A stretch of 64,000 bases of DNA from an uncultured Clostridium sp. (GCA_948470605.1 CAOKPI010000001.1:6466-70465), one strand, 5' to 3'; numbered from the stretch's first letter, positions 29,864 to 42,051 are shown. Numbers and translations are program-made. The notes: generated by a model from the sequence alone, not told the origin.

Positions 29864-30931
29864 ATGTGGATAAAAAAAATCAAAATAAATAATTTTAGAA
29901 ATTATAAGAAGGAAGAAATTTTATTAGAAAAAAATATCAATTTATTTTATGGTGAAAATGCACAAGGAAAAACAAATATGATAGAAGCTATCTTTTTAGG
30001 AAGTATGGGAAAATCATTTAGGGCTAAAAGAGATAAAGAAATGATAAATGTAACAGAAGAAAAGGCAGAAATTGAGTTAGAATATGAAAAATCAGATAGA
30101 GATGGAAAAATAAAAATAGAATTATCAAATAAAAAAAGTATTTATTTAAATGGAATCAAAATAAAGAAATTAAGCGAATTATTAGGAAATATTAACATTG
30201 TTATTTTTACACCAGATGATATTAATATTTTAAAAGGTGGACCTCAAAATAGAAGAAGATTTTTAGATATTATGATTAGCCAATTAAAACCAAATTATAT
30301 GTATCATTTAAATTTATATTTGAAAACACTAGAACAGAGAAATAATTATTTAAAACAAATAAAAGATGAAAAAAAAGATGAAAGTTTATTAGATATTTGG
30401 GATGAGAAATTAATAGAAGAGGCAGCAATTATTTATCAATATCGAAATGAATATATGAATAAAATAAGAGAAAAAATAGGAAGAATACATCAAGAAATAA
30501 CCAATGATAAAGAAAAGATAGAAATAGAATATATATCAGAATGTAAAACAAAAGAAGAATATTTAAAAAAATTAAAAGAAAGAAGAAAATTAGATATTAT
30601 AAAAGGGTATACGACAAAAGGAATTCATAGAGATGATTTTATGATATCGATTAATAACAAACCAATTGATATTTATGGTTCACAAGGTCAGCATAGAACA
30701 GCAATTCTTTCTCTAAAATTATCAGAATTAAATATTGTAAAAGAAGAAATAGAGGAAGCACCCATTCTGTTATTAGATGACTTTATGTCTGAATTAGATG
30801 AAAAAAGAATTAAAAGTTTTTTAGAAAAAATACAAAATACGCAAGTCATTATTACTTGTACTGAAAAAATAAAGGTTGAAAATAAAAAAAATTTAATATA
30901 TAATGTGGAAGAAGGAAAAGTAAAAAAATAA
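29864..30931 (+). CDS. recF: DNA replication and repair protein RecF
   Basis: MWIKKIKINNFRNY...GENAQGKTNMIEAI (Walker A), and LLLDDFMSELD. I place the start at ATG 29864 behind GGAG, not at the TTG at 29831. Confidence 0.9.
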   Translation: MWIKKIKINNFRNYKKEEILLEKNINLFYGENAQGKTNMIEAIFLGSMGKSFRAKRDKEMINVTEEKAEIELEYEKSDRDGKIKIELSNKKSIYLNGIKIKKLSELLGNINIVIFTPDDINILKGGPQNRRRFLDIMISQLKPNYMYHLNLYLKTLEQRNNYLKQIKDEKKDESLLDIWDEKLIEEAAIIYQYRNEYMNKIREKIGRIHQEITNDKEKIEIEYISECKTKEEYLKKLKERRKLDIIKGYTTKGIHRDDFMISINNKPIDIYGSQGQHRTAILSLKLSELNIVKEEIEEAPILLLDDFMSELDEKRIKSFLEKIQNTQVIITCTEKIKVENKKNLIYNVEEGKVKK

Positions 30932-30990
30932 AGAGGAGAAAAGGAGTGTCCCCTAATCCCTAAAAAAGGGATTTTAAGTAACGTCCCTAA

Positions 30991-32943
<1,953 letters not shown>

Positions 32944-32957
32944 TAGTAACATAATTT

Positions 32958-32988
32958 AATGCCAGATAAATTTAATTTATCTGGCATT
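32958..32988 (+). terminator. gyrB terminator hairpin
   Basis: AATGCCAGATAAAT..ATTTATCTGGCATT near-perfect palindrome, 15 nt after the stop. Confidence 0.7.
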
Positions 32989-33007
32989 AATGATAAAGCC
33001 AATAATA

Positions 33008-33380
33008 ATCTCTACTAAAACTAATATATCTAATAGTTAAACCTAATATATATTGCTATATAAATAAGCTCGATACCACATATATTAATCCTTCGCTCGA
33101 CTATTAATACACCACAAGTAACTATATTCATCCCAAAGGGACTACTAATAACCACTTTATAAAAATTGGTCTAGATATAAGAATAATCTTAGCTCGAATA
33201 TATTACCTATCATTTGACCATATACATAAGAATAAAATAAAAAATACAGCCTACAAACAAATAATATACTCTTCTCGCCGACCTATTATAATATATATAA
33301 TACACTATAATACATCTTTGTCCGAATATAAATGAACTAATAAAATCCATGTATACTCTTGGCTCAACTATTATTAACCT
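33008..33380 (+). repeat. array of about 8 degenerate same-orientation motifs (iteron-like)
   Basis: Copies such as AGCTCGATACCACATATATTAATC, CTTCGCTCGACTATTAATACACC, CTTAGCTCGAATATATTACC, CTTCTCGCCGACCTATTATAAT and CTCTTGGCTCAACTATTATTAACC. Confidence 0.45.
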
Positions 33381-33507
33381 TATAAATTTAGTATAGACAA
33401 AAAATAAAAAAATATTCAAAAAATAAAAATTAACATAAATTTTTTTAAAAATAGAATAAAATAAAAAAAGATAATAAAAAATGTCGAAAAAAGCAGATGA
33501 AATTTTC

Positions 33508-33536
33508 TTGACAATACTTGTAAAATAATGTAAAAT
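33508..33536 (+). promoter_or_regulatory. promoter of the gyrB-gyrA insert operon
   Basis: TTGACA - 17 nt - TAAAAT, followed by AAGGAGG and the GTG start at 33553. Confidence 0.6.
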
Positions 33537-33552
33537 CATCTTCAATAAGGAG

Positions 33553-34158
33553 GTGAAAAAAATAAAAAAGCAATCCACGACACAAAGTTGGATTCCCATA
33601 GAAAGAATATTAAACAATGGAATGATTCAAACGAAAACTAAATACATAAAAATTTTAAAGGTTTCTCCCATCAATTATAATTTAAAATCTGATTTAGAGA
33701 AACAAGCTATTTTAAATTCTTATAAAGTTTTTTTAAAAACTTGCAATTTTGATATTCAAATTTTAATTCAAAGTAGTAAAGAGAATCTAGAGAAAAATAT
33801 ATCCAATATTCAGAAAAATGTTCAAAAGAAAGAGAATCGATATTTAGCTAAAATATCGGAAGATTATATTGAATATATCAATCAAATTAATATTAGTAAA
33901 AAGTCATCTTCTAAAAATTTTTATCTTATTATTTCCAAAGAAAATTTAAAAGAACAAGAATATAATGAATCATTTGAAATTATCAAGAATGATTTAAAAG
34001 AAAAGTATTTTAAAATTAAAGAATGCTTATCTAGATGTGGGAATTCGGTATTTGAAATTAATTCAAAAGAAGAAGCACGAAAGGTTATCAGTTCTTTTCT
34101 TAATACAAGAAAAGAAATTAATTTAAGAAATTTAAAAAAGGAGGACAAAAATTATTAA
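33553..34158 (+). CDS. T4SS-associated protein, short paralog of 12523-13701
   Basis: 201 aa with a GTG start behind AAGGAGG. It shares the INYxLxSxLEK block with the set A protein and lies directly upstream of a VirB4-like gene. Confidence 0.55.
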   Translation: MKKIKKQSTTQSWIPIERILNNGMIQTKTKYIKILKVSPINYNLKSDLEKQAILNSYKVFLKTCNFDIQILIQSSKENLEKNISNIQKNVQKKENRYLAKISEDYIEYINQINISKKSSSKNFYLIISKENLKEQEYNESFEIIKNDLKEKYFKIKECLSRCGNSVFEINSKEEARKVISSFLNTRKEINLRNLKKEDKNY

Positions 34159-35980
34159 AAAAGTAAACATAAAACAAATTCAATTTATCGAGGGCTCTAT
34201 TTCAGATAAAGATAGAATAGCACCAACCTACATAAATTTAGAGAATCCCAAATATATTGAGATTGATAATCTATATTATGGTGGATTAATAGTAGTTAAT
34301 TATTATAGGGAGCAGACAGATATATTATTAAAAACTTTAATTGAAACCAATATTAATATGAATCTATCTATCTTTTATGAAAAACAAGATAGTTATAAAA
34401 CAATAAAGGATTTAACTTATCATATTGGTAATGTAGGAGTAGAATTAAAAGAAAGTAATCAAAATAGACAAGATATTGATATAGTAGCTTTTGCTTACAA
34501 CGATGCTAAATATATTAGAAAAGAAATACAAGTAAACAATGAAGATATTTATTTTTTATATATTTACATAAATGTGTATGCAGAAGAGATAAAAGAATTA
34601 GAATATTTTTTAAATAAGATAGAAGGAATTGCACAAAGTAAAGGAATGCAAACAAGAAGGGCTAATTTTAGACAAGAAGAAATGTTTATGGCATGCTTAC
34701 CATTAACTGAAAACCCAAGCATTCTAAAAGAAGCTTCTAAGAGAAATATTTTAACAAATGGGCTAATTGCTACTTATCCTTTTATATCTTCTACTATTTT
34801 TGATGAAGAAGGAATCTTTATTGGTACGAATATTTATAATAATTCACTTGTATTTATTGACCGATACAATACCAATCAATATAAAAATGCGAATATTTGT
34901 ATTTTTGGGACAAGTGGTGCAGGCAAGTCATTCTATACAAAATTACTTATTTTAAGATATAAGTTATTAGGAATAACACAATATATCATAGACCCAGAAA
35001 GAGAATACAGCAATTTATGTAAAGAATTAAAGGGAACACAAATAAAAATAGGTCCAAATTCAGATACCTATATTAATATTTTGGATATTAGAAAAGAAAG
35101 CATAGAAGAAGGGGAAAGTGGTTATTTAGCTACTAAAATAGGAAAACTAATTGGATTTTTCAATTTAGTATTTGGAGAATTAAATGAAGAAGAAAAAGCT
35201 TTGATAGAAGAAAAGTTGATAGAAGTTTATCAAAGAAAAAACATTACTTTTAATGATGACAGTTTATATAAAACAAATGAAGAAAAGATATTAGGAAAAG
35301 AATTTAAAAAACCAAAAGATATGCCATTATTAGAAGATTTATATAATGTTTTAGGAAGCGATGAAAAAACAAAAAGATTTAAAACAAAACTAATTCCCTT
35401 TGTAAAGGGGTCCATGAAATTTTTTAACCATCCAACCAATATTGCATTAGATAATGATTTAATTATTGCAGATGTTTATGATTTAGGAGAAGAAAATTTA
35501 AAATATGGAATGTACTTATTTACCGATATTTTTTGGGATAAAATCAAGGAAAATAGAGAAGAGAAAAAAGCAATCTATTTAGACGAAATATGGAGATTAA
35601 TAGGTGTTACTTCAAATAAAGAAGTAGCTAGTTTTATCTATAAAATATTTAAAACCATTCGAAAATATGGTGGAAGTAGTGTAGCTATTACACAAGATAT
35701 TTCAGATATTTTTAGTTTAGAAGGTGGGATTTATGGAAAAAGTATATTAAACAATTCTAGTATTAAGACTTTTTTTGCACTAGAGGAGGAGAATATAAAG
35801 ATATTATCTGAATTTGCAAATTTATCAGAAAAAGAAAAAGTAGAAATAAAATCTTTAAAAAGAGGAGAATGTCTCATGTTTGTGGGAGAAAATCATATTT
35901 TAACAAAAATAGAATGTTCTAAAATAGAAAAAGAAATACTTGAAGGTGAGAATCATGAAAAAAATAATAACAGCTATTAA
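34151..35980 (+). CDS. VirB4-like conjugal ATPase (second copy). The true N-terminus lies upstream of the first ATG, so the start is probably non-canonical (ATT).
   Basis: Walker A IFGTSGAGKSF, Walker B AIYLDEIWRL. The frame is open from 34136. IAPTYINLENPKYIEIDNLYYGGLIVVNYY aligns with IAPAGIDASHIDHLEIIANTKRYARSFFVSNL of the set A VirB4. AAAGGAGG lies 6-9 nt before ATT ATT. Confidence 0.7.
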   Translation: MIKKVNIKQIQFIEGSISDKDRIAPTYINLENPKYIEIDNLYYGGLIVVNYYREQTDILLKTLIETNINMNLSIFYEKQDSYKTIKDLTYHIGNVGVELKESNQNRQDIDIVAFAYNDAKYIRKEIQVNNEDIYFLYIYINVYAEEIKELEYFLNKIEGIAQSKGMQTRRANFRQEEMFMACLPLTENPSILKEASKRNILTNGLIATYPFISSTIFDEEGIFIGTNIYNNSLVFIDRYNTNQYKNANICIFGTSGAGKSFYTKLLILRYKLLGITQYIIDPEREYSNLCKELKGTQIKIGPNSDTYINILDIRKESIEEGESGYLATKIGKLIGFFNLVFGELNEEEKALIEEKLIEVYQRKNITFNDDSLYKTNEEKILGKEFKKPKDMPLLEDLYNVLGSDEKTKRFKTKLIPFVKGSMKFFNHPTNIALDNDLIIADVYDLGEENLKYGMYLFTDIFWDKIKENREEKKAIYLDEIWRLIGVTSNKEVASFIYKIFKTIRKYGGSSVAITQDISDIFSLEGGIYGKSILNNSSIKTFFALEEENIKILSEFANLSEKEKVEIKSLKRGECLMFVGENHILTKIECSKIEKEILEGENHEKNNNSY

Positions 35981-37343
35981 TAATCCTAAATTAAATGAAG
36001 AACTAAAAAAAGAAGGAAATTTTGAAATTATAGGAAAAGATATTCAATATAGAGAAGCTATTTTAGAAATATTAGAAAAAAATAATAAAATTGATTTAAT
36101 TATTTTAAGTGAAAAAATACCAGGGGAAATTCAGTTAGAAAATTTAATTGAAAAAATAAAATTTGCAAATGAGAAAATAAAAATAATATTTATTTTAGAA
36201 AAAGAAAATAAAGAGTTGGAAAAAATATTAATAAAAAATAATATGATTGATATTTATTATAATAATAAAATTAATTTAAAAGAATTAATAAAAATAATAA
36301 ATAAAAAAGAAATAAATATAGAAGAAGAAATTATAAAATTAAAAAAGATAATAGAAGAAAAAAATATTCCATATCATGAAACAGAAAATCATAAAATAAA
36401 TATTGTAAAGAATCCACTTTATAGAATAAAAAGTATTATAAAAGAACAAAAAAATAGCCCATTTTTATTAAATATGTCAACCAAAATCATAACTTTTTCA
36501 GGTAATTATAAAAGTGGAAAAAGCACGTTATCCCTAATTATCAGCCAATATTTATCAGAAAAGAATTACAGAGTTTTACTAGTGGATGCAGATTTAGAAA
36601 AAAAAGATTTAAGTCTTTTATTAGAAAAAAATAAAAGAATAAATATAAAAAAAAGAAAAAATAAATATTTGAATAAAAATAGAAAAAAATCATATGGAAA
36701 ATATTTAAATAAAAATAAAATAAAAATAAAAAATAATAAAAGAAATGAATATAAAAAATTAATAAATTTAAAAAATAAAATTGATAATTATAAAATAAAA
36801 AATATAATTCATTTTTTTACGAATAAAATAAATAAAAATTTATATTTTTTTAGTGGATTTAATTATTTATTAAAAATTAAAAAAAATAAAGAAATAAAAA
36901 AACAAAAAATAATCAAAAAAATAATATTTATTTTTTTTCAAATAATTAAAAAACAGTATCATTTTATTATAATAGATATTTCAAAAAACAATTTGGATGT
37001 AATCAATAAACAAATTTTAAAAAATAGTGATATAAATTTTATATTATTAGAAGCAAATTTATTAGGCATGAAAGAGATTCAAAGGACTTTAAAAGAGTAT
37101 ACGAAGGGATGGAATATCAATAAAAACAGTTTACATATTGTGTCAAATAAAAGAAATTTTAGTTCCATGAATAAAAGTTTAATAGCAAAATGTATTCCCC
37201 ATAAAAATAAAATTTTGGAAATAAAAGAAAATAAAATTTATTATCATTTAATTCATAATTATTTTAGAAAGAAATTTCTATTAAAAAACAAAAAAATAAA
37301 AAAAGAAATTCATAAAATAATAAATCAAATAAATATAAAATAA
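35955..37343 (+). CDS. receiver-like domain + ParA/MinD-family ATPase with a very K/N-rich low-complexity insert
   Basis: Deviant P-loop FSGNYKSGKSTLSLII followed by RVLLVDADLEKKD. The N-terminal ~110 aa resemble a CheY-like fold. Residues ~215-330 are almost entirely K/N/I. Confidence 0.5.
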   Translation: MKKIITAINNPKLNEELKKEGNFEIIGKDIQYREAILEILEKNNKIDLIILSEKIPGEIQLENLIEKIKFANEKIKIIFILEKENKELEKILIKNNMIDIYYNNKINLKELIKIINKKEINIEEEIIKLKKIIEEKNIPYHETENHKINIVKNPLYRIKSIIKEQKNSPFLLNMSTKIITFSGNYKSGKSTLSLIISQYLSEKNYRVLLVDADLEKKDLSLLLEKNKRINIKKRKNKYLNKNRKKSYGKYLNKNKIKIKNNKRNEYKKLINLKNKIDNYKIKNIIHFFTNKINKNLYFFSGFNYLLKIKKNKEIKKQKIIKKIIFIFFQIIKKQYHFIIIDISKNNLDVINKQILKNSDINFILLEANLLGMKEIQRTLKEYTKGWNINKNSLHIVSNKRNFSSMNKSLIAKCIPHKNKILEIKENKIYYHLIHNYFRKKFLLKNKKIKKEIHKIINQINIK

Positions 37344-38009
37344 AAAAATAAATAAAATCAAAATAATTAGTAAAAATAAAATATTAATCCAATAAAAATA
37401 AAAAAATTAAAATAAAAAATAAAAAAATAGAAATAATCTAAAATAAAATATAAAAAGGAAATCTCAAAATTTCTAAAGTAAAAAAATAGAATTTTATCAA
37501 AACAAAAAAATCTTATACCTAAAAAGAAAATGAATAAATCAAAAAAATATTAGGCAATAGAGGGATTTAGAAGATTAAATTATATAAAAAAAGAAGTTTA
37601 AATACCGAAAAAATGGTTTACATATAAACTAAAAATCAAGAAAAAATATGCTAAAATTCATAAAAAACTCGAAGGGTAGAAAAAAATAGTAGCAATAAAA
37701 GGAAATAAGACCTTGTGAAAAAACAAAAAAATAAAAAATAATAGGGGTTATCCATTAATTTTATTATTTTGATAAAAAAAGAAAAGATAAAAAATAGTTC
37801 CAAAAAACAATAAAATGAGATAACAAAAAAACTAGGCAATAAAAGGAAAGAGAGCAATAAGAAAACTACAAAAAATGCAATAAAATAGTTTACATATATA
37901 CTGAAAAAACTCCGTTTATAAGGGGCAAGATAAAAAAAACTAATTAACAAACCAACGGAAAAATTTTATAAAAAGTTAAATAAAATAGAAAAAGAAAGAA
38001 GGAATAGAA

Positions 38010-38735
38010 ATGGATATAAATAATTTAGAAAAAAATAATGATATTAATTTTAATCATAATTTAATCAATGAAAAAACACAAAAAAACTTTTTAGAAACGA
38101 CATTAGGAAAAACAATTAATACAGCAGTTGATATTGGAATTAGAAGTCTGTTACCAGATTTTTTAGAAGAACAAATCATAAATATAAAAGACAATTTATT
38201 AAATTATGGATTAAAAGATGGTATTACCAAAACAATTGATGATGCGATTAATTTAGGAAAAAGTGCTATTGGTATTCTAACAGGAAACTTTGAAGATATT
38301 TCTCAAATGCAAAGTGCAGTAAAATCGGGAGGATTGATTGATAATATGTCATCTTTATTAGATAGTGTTGTAGATAAAGTAAGACAAGCAGGTTTGATTA
38401 ATCATACAGTAGCCAAAACAATAAAGCAAGGAAAAAATGTAATATTGAATAACGTAGAGAAAAACATAGAAAGTACTTTCCAAAAACAATATGAAGCAAT
38501 TGACAAAACAGATAAATATATTAGCAATTGGAGAAAATTTTTTGAGGAGAAAAACTTTAATGGCATGCAGAAGGAATATAACAAGATAGAAAAACAGAGA
38601 AAAAGTCTTGCTCCCATAGAAAAAACAATTAATAATATAAAAACCATAGAAAATATACATAATTTGATAAAAAACAATGGACAAGATTTCAATTTAACAC
38701 AAGAACAAATAGAATTAGCAAAAAAATTGACATAA
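38010..38735 (+). CDS. hypothetical protein
   Basis: 241-aa ORF with normal composition and an AAGGA RBS. No recognisable motif. Confidence 0.4.
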   Translation: MDINNLEKNNDINFNHNLINEKTQKNFLETTLGKTINTAVDIGIRSLLPDFLEEQIINIKDNLLNYGLKDGITKTIDDAINLGKSAIGILTGNFEDISQMQSAVKSGGLIDNMSSLLDSVVDKVRQAGLINHTVAKTIKQGKNVILNNVEKNIESTFQKQYEAIDKTDKYISNWRKFFEEKNFNGMQKEYNKIEKQRKSLAPIEKTINNIKTIENIHNLIKNNGQDFNLTQEQIELAKKLT

Positions 38736-38798
38736 TAAACAAAAAATGAATAAAAAAGCATAGAAAAATCAAATACTATAAAATAAGGAGGAATTCAA

Positions 38799-39086
38799 AT
38801 GGAGGAAGATATTAAATATAAAGATATTTTGGGTATGATTTATCAAGCAGAAGAAAAGACACTAGATGAAAAAATGAAAAAAGTTAACAGAAAAGTGAAA
38901 GAACAAATAAAAGATATAAATACAAAACAACTTTTAGAAGATACATCAAAACCAAAAGAACTTATCAGAACTTTTGAAAAAATAGAAGAAAATTATAGTA
39001 TTAAAATTGCAGAATATAATAAAGAGTTTTACAAGCAAGGATTTAAAGACGGAGTCAATTTAATTATGAATTGTTTTAAGATGTAA
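38799..39086 (+). CDS. hypothetical small protein
   Basis: 95-aa ORF behind AAGGAGG. Charged and helical. Confidence 0.4.
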   Translation: MEEDIKYKDILGMIYQAEEKTLDEKMKKVNRKVKEQIKDINTKQLLEDTSKPKELIRTFEKIEENYSIKIAEYNKEFYKQGFKDGVNLIMNCFKM

Positions 39087-39160
39087 TTGAGATTAAAAAT
39101 TTTATGTGGTATTAAGATTAGGAATAAAAAATAAAATTTTGAGTAGAATATAAAATAGTA

Positions 39161-39263
39161 TTGACATCTCTAAAAATAGATGGTATAATACTATTAACTT
39201 ATAAGTGATGTAACCTGTCATAAGTAAGTTCGGTATGTGAGTAACGACACATACTCTTTTTTT
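39161..39263 (+). ncRNA. candidate ~68-nt small RNA: consensus promoter plus intrinsic terminator, with no ORF
   Basis: TTGACA (39161) - 17 nt - TATAAT (39184). Terminator GTATGTG-AGTAACGA-CACATAC followed by TCTTTTTTT (39233-39263). Confidence 0.45.
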
Positions 39264-39433
39264 GCAAAAAAATAATGGAGGCTATGTAACGAATGCCTCC
39301 ATCAATAAAGATTACTCTTTATTGTCTTGTTTGTCATATATCTTCTTATAATTTATTATATAACAAACTAAAAATAAGAGTTGTAAAAACTGTGTTTTCC
39401 CTAAATTTTTTCTCGTTTTTCCTGCTTTTTTGC

Positions 39434-39462
39434 TTGCAAATTTAAGTATGTTTTAGTATAAT
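39434..39462 (+). promoter_or_regulatory. gyrA promoter
   Basis: TTGCAA - 17 nt - TATAAT, about 50 nt upstream of the gyrA RBS. Confidence 0.55.
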
Positions 39463-39511
39463 AAAAACATAGAAAAATAAGCTAAAAGCACAAAGAAAGG
39501 AAGATAAAAAG

Positions 39512-41977
39512 ATGGAGGAAAAACAAGAAAGAATGGACGGAAAAATCATAGAAAGAGACATCGAAAAGGAAATGAGAACAGCCTATATTGACTACGCCAT
39601 GAGTGTTATTGTATCAAGGGCACTTCCAGATGTAAGAGATGGATTGAAGCCAGTGCATAGAAGAATTTTATATGCCATGCATGAAGATGGAATTACAGCA
39701 GACAAGCCATACAGAAAATGTGCCAATACAGTTGGTTCTGTTCTTGGTAGGTATCATCCACATGGTGACAGTTCTGTATATGATGCTATGGTAAGATTAG
39801 CACAAGACTTTTCTATGAGATACATGCTAATTGATGGACATGGAAACTTTGGTTCAGTGGATGGCGATGGTGCTGCAGCTATGAGGTATACAGAAGCAAG
39901 AATGGCAAAGATTTCTGAATATATGTTGACAGATATCGAAAAAAACACGGTAAACTTTATGCCAAACTATGATGATAGATTACAAGAACCAACTGTATTA
40001 CCAGCCAGAATACCAGCACTTTTAATTAATGGCTCTTCAGGAATTGCTGTTGGAATGGCAACCAATATACCACCACATAATTTGACAGAGGTTATTAATG
40101 GGATTATTAAGATAATTGATGAAGATGAAGTAACCGATGAAGATTTAATGAGTGTTATAAAAGGACCAGACTTTCCAACAGAAGGAATTATTTTAGGAAT
40201 GGAAGGAATTAAACAAGCTTATAAAACAGGAAGAGGAAAAATAACTTTACGAGCAGAAACAGAAATAGAAGAAATGAGTGGCAATCGACAAAGAATTATT
40301 GTATCTTCTTTGCCATATCAAGTTAACAAAGCAAATTTAATTAAGACCATTTCTGATTTATCAAAAGAAAAAAAGGTAGAAGGAATTTCTGAATGTAGAG
40401 ATGAATCTGACAGAAAAGACAGAGTAAGAGTTGTCATTGAATTAAAAAGAGATGCAAATCCACAAGTTGTTTTAAATCAATTATTTAAACATACACAGAT
40501 GCAAACAACATTTGGTATTATTATGTTAGCTTTAGTCAATGGAGAACCTAAAATATTAACCTTAAGACAATGTATTGATTGTTATATTGACCACAGAAAA
40601 GAAGTTATTTTAAGAAGAACACAATTTGAATTAGATAAAGCATTAGCAAGAGCTCATATTTTAGAAGGATTAAAAATAGCTATTGATAATATTGATGAAG
40701 TAATTAGTATTATTCGTTCTTCCTATGATGATCCAAAAGAAAGATTAATGGAACGATTTGGTTTAACAGATATTCAAGCACAAGCTATTTTGGATATGAG
40801 ATTAAAAACACTATCTGGCTTGCAACGAGAAAAAATAGAAGAAGAATATAAACAATTGATGGAATTAATAGCACATTTAAGAGAAATTTTAAATAGTGAA
40901 AGACTAGTATTTGAAATTATAAAAGAAGAATTAATTGAAATCAGAGACAAATTTGGTGATGAAAGAAAGACCAAAATTGTAGCAGCCGAAGGCGAAATTG
41001 ATATAGAAGACCTAATAAAAGAAGAACAATGTGTAGTTGCTTTAACTCATTTTGGTTATATCAAAAGAATGCCAATTGATACCTATAAAAGCCAAAGAAG
41101 AGGAGGAAAAGGCATTACGGGAATGACAACGAGAGAAGAGGATTTTGTAAAACAAATCTTTACAGCTTCTACCCATGATGTTGTTTTATTCTTTACTAAT
41201 AAAGGAAAATTGTATAAGTTAAGAGGTTATGAGGTTCCAGAAGCAGGAAGAACAGCAAGAGGAACGGCAATTGTAAACTTGTTAAGTTTAGATGCCGGAG
41301 AAAAAGTATCTGCTATCATACCAATTCAAAATTTTGCAGAAGGAAAATATCTATTAATGGCTACTAAAAACGGGTTAATCAAAAAGACGGCATTAAAAGA
41401 ATATGATTCAACCAGAAAAACAGGTCTTCAAGGAATCACGTTAAAAGAAGATGACGAGTTAATTGACGTAAGATTAACAGATGGAGAAGATAATGTAGTA
41501 TTAGTAACTAGAAATGGTATGTGTATTACATTTGATGAAAAAGATGTACGTCCAATTGGTAGAGTTTCACAAGGTGTTATTGGAATCAGATTAGATGAAG
41601 ATGATGAAGTAATTGGCATGGAATCGGTAATTAGTGGAGGAAAAGCAACATTACTTGCTATTACAGAGAATGGATTCGGAAAAAGAACAGAATTAGACGA
41701 ATATAGAGTGCAAAATAGAGGTGGAAAAGGAGTTATTACTTATAAAATAATGCCAAAAACAGGAAAATTAATAGGAGTAAGAATTGCAGTAGAAGGTGAT
41801 GACGTTATGTTAGTTACTAACACAGGAACCATTATCAGATTAAAAGTAGAGGATATTAGTGTACTAGGAAGATCTACACAAGGAGTTACTTTAATGAGAA
41901 CCAATGATGGCGGAAAAGTAGTAAGTGTTGAAACGCTAAATGAAGCTCAAATGCCAGAAGAAAACGAAGAAAAATAA
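39512..41977 (+). CDS. gyrA: DNA gyrase subunit A
   Basis: 821 aa. Contains AMSVIVSRALPDVRDGLKPVHRRILYAM and YHPHGDSSVYDAMVRLAQDF. Confidence 0.97.
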   Translation: MEEKQERMDGKIIERDIEKEMRTAYIDYAMSVIVSRALPDVRDGLKPVHRRILYAMHEDGITADKPYRKCANTVGSVLGRYHPHGDSSVYDAMVRLAQDFSMRYMLIDGHGNFGSVDGDGAAAMRYTEARMAKISEYMLTDIEKNTVNFMPNYDDRLQEPTVLPARIPALLINGSSGIAVGMATNIPPHNLTEVINGIIKIIDEDEVTDEDLMSVIKGPDFPTEGIILGMEGIKQAYKTGRGKITLRAETEIEEMSGNRQRIIVSSLPYQVNKANLIKTISDLSKEKKVEGISECRDESDRKDRVRVVIELKRDANPQVVLNQLFKHTQMQTTFGIIMLALVNGEPKILTLRQCIDCYIDHRKEVILRRTQFELDKALARAHILEGLKIAIDNIDEVISIIRSSYDDPKERLMERFGLTDIQAQAILDMRLKTLSGLQREKIEEEYKQLMELIAHLREILNSERLVFEIIKEELIEIRDKFGDERKTKIVAAEGEIDIEDLIKEEQCVVALTHFGYIKRMPIDTYKSQRRGGKGITGMTTREEDFVKQIFTASTHDVVLFFTNKGKLYKLRGYEVPEAGRTARGTAIVNLLSLDAGEKVSAIIPIQNFAEGKYLLMATKNGLIKKTALKEYDSTRKTGLQGITLKEDDELIDVRLTDGEDNVVLVTRNGMCITFDEKDVRPIGRVSQGVIGIRLDEDDEVIGMESVISGGKATLLAITENGFGKRTELDEYRVQNRGGKGVITYKIMPKTGKLIGVRIAVEGDDVMLVTNTGTIIRLKVEDISVLGRSTQGVTLMRTNDGGKVVSVETLNEAQMPEENEEK

Positions 41978-42000
41978 AGAGAATACCTAAAATTGACAAT

Positions 42001-42051
42001 CAACATAAAATCCAACTTAGAAAATCAAGTTGGATTTTATGTTGATTTTTT
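42001..42051. terminator. strong bidirectional terminator after gyrA
   Basis: Perfect 18-bp stem CAACATAAAATCCAACTT / AAGTTGGATTTTATGTTG followed by ATTTTTT. Confidence 0.8.

Noticed and set aside
37651-37950. 99-aa F/L-rich minus-strand ORF, and 33210-33617 (135 aa)
   Set aside because: Both lie in A-rich low-complexity or iteron-like spacers. Their openness is a by-product of T-rich antisense sequence, and neither has an RBS or sensible composition.
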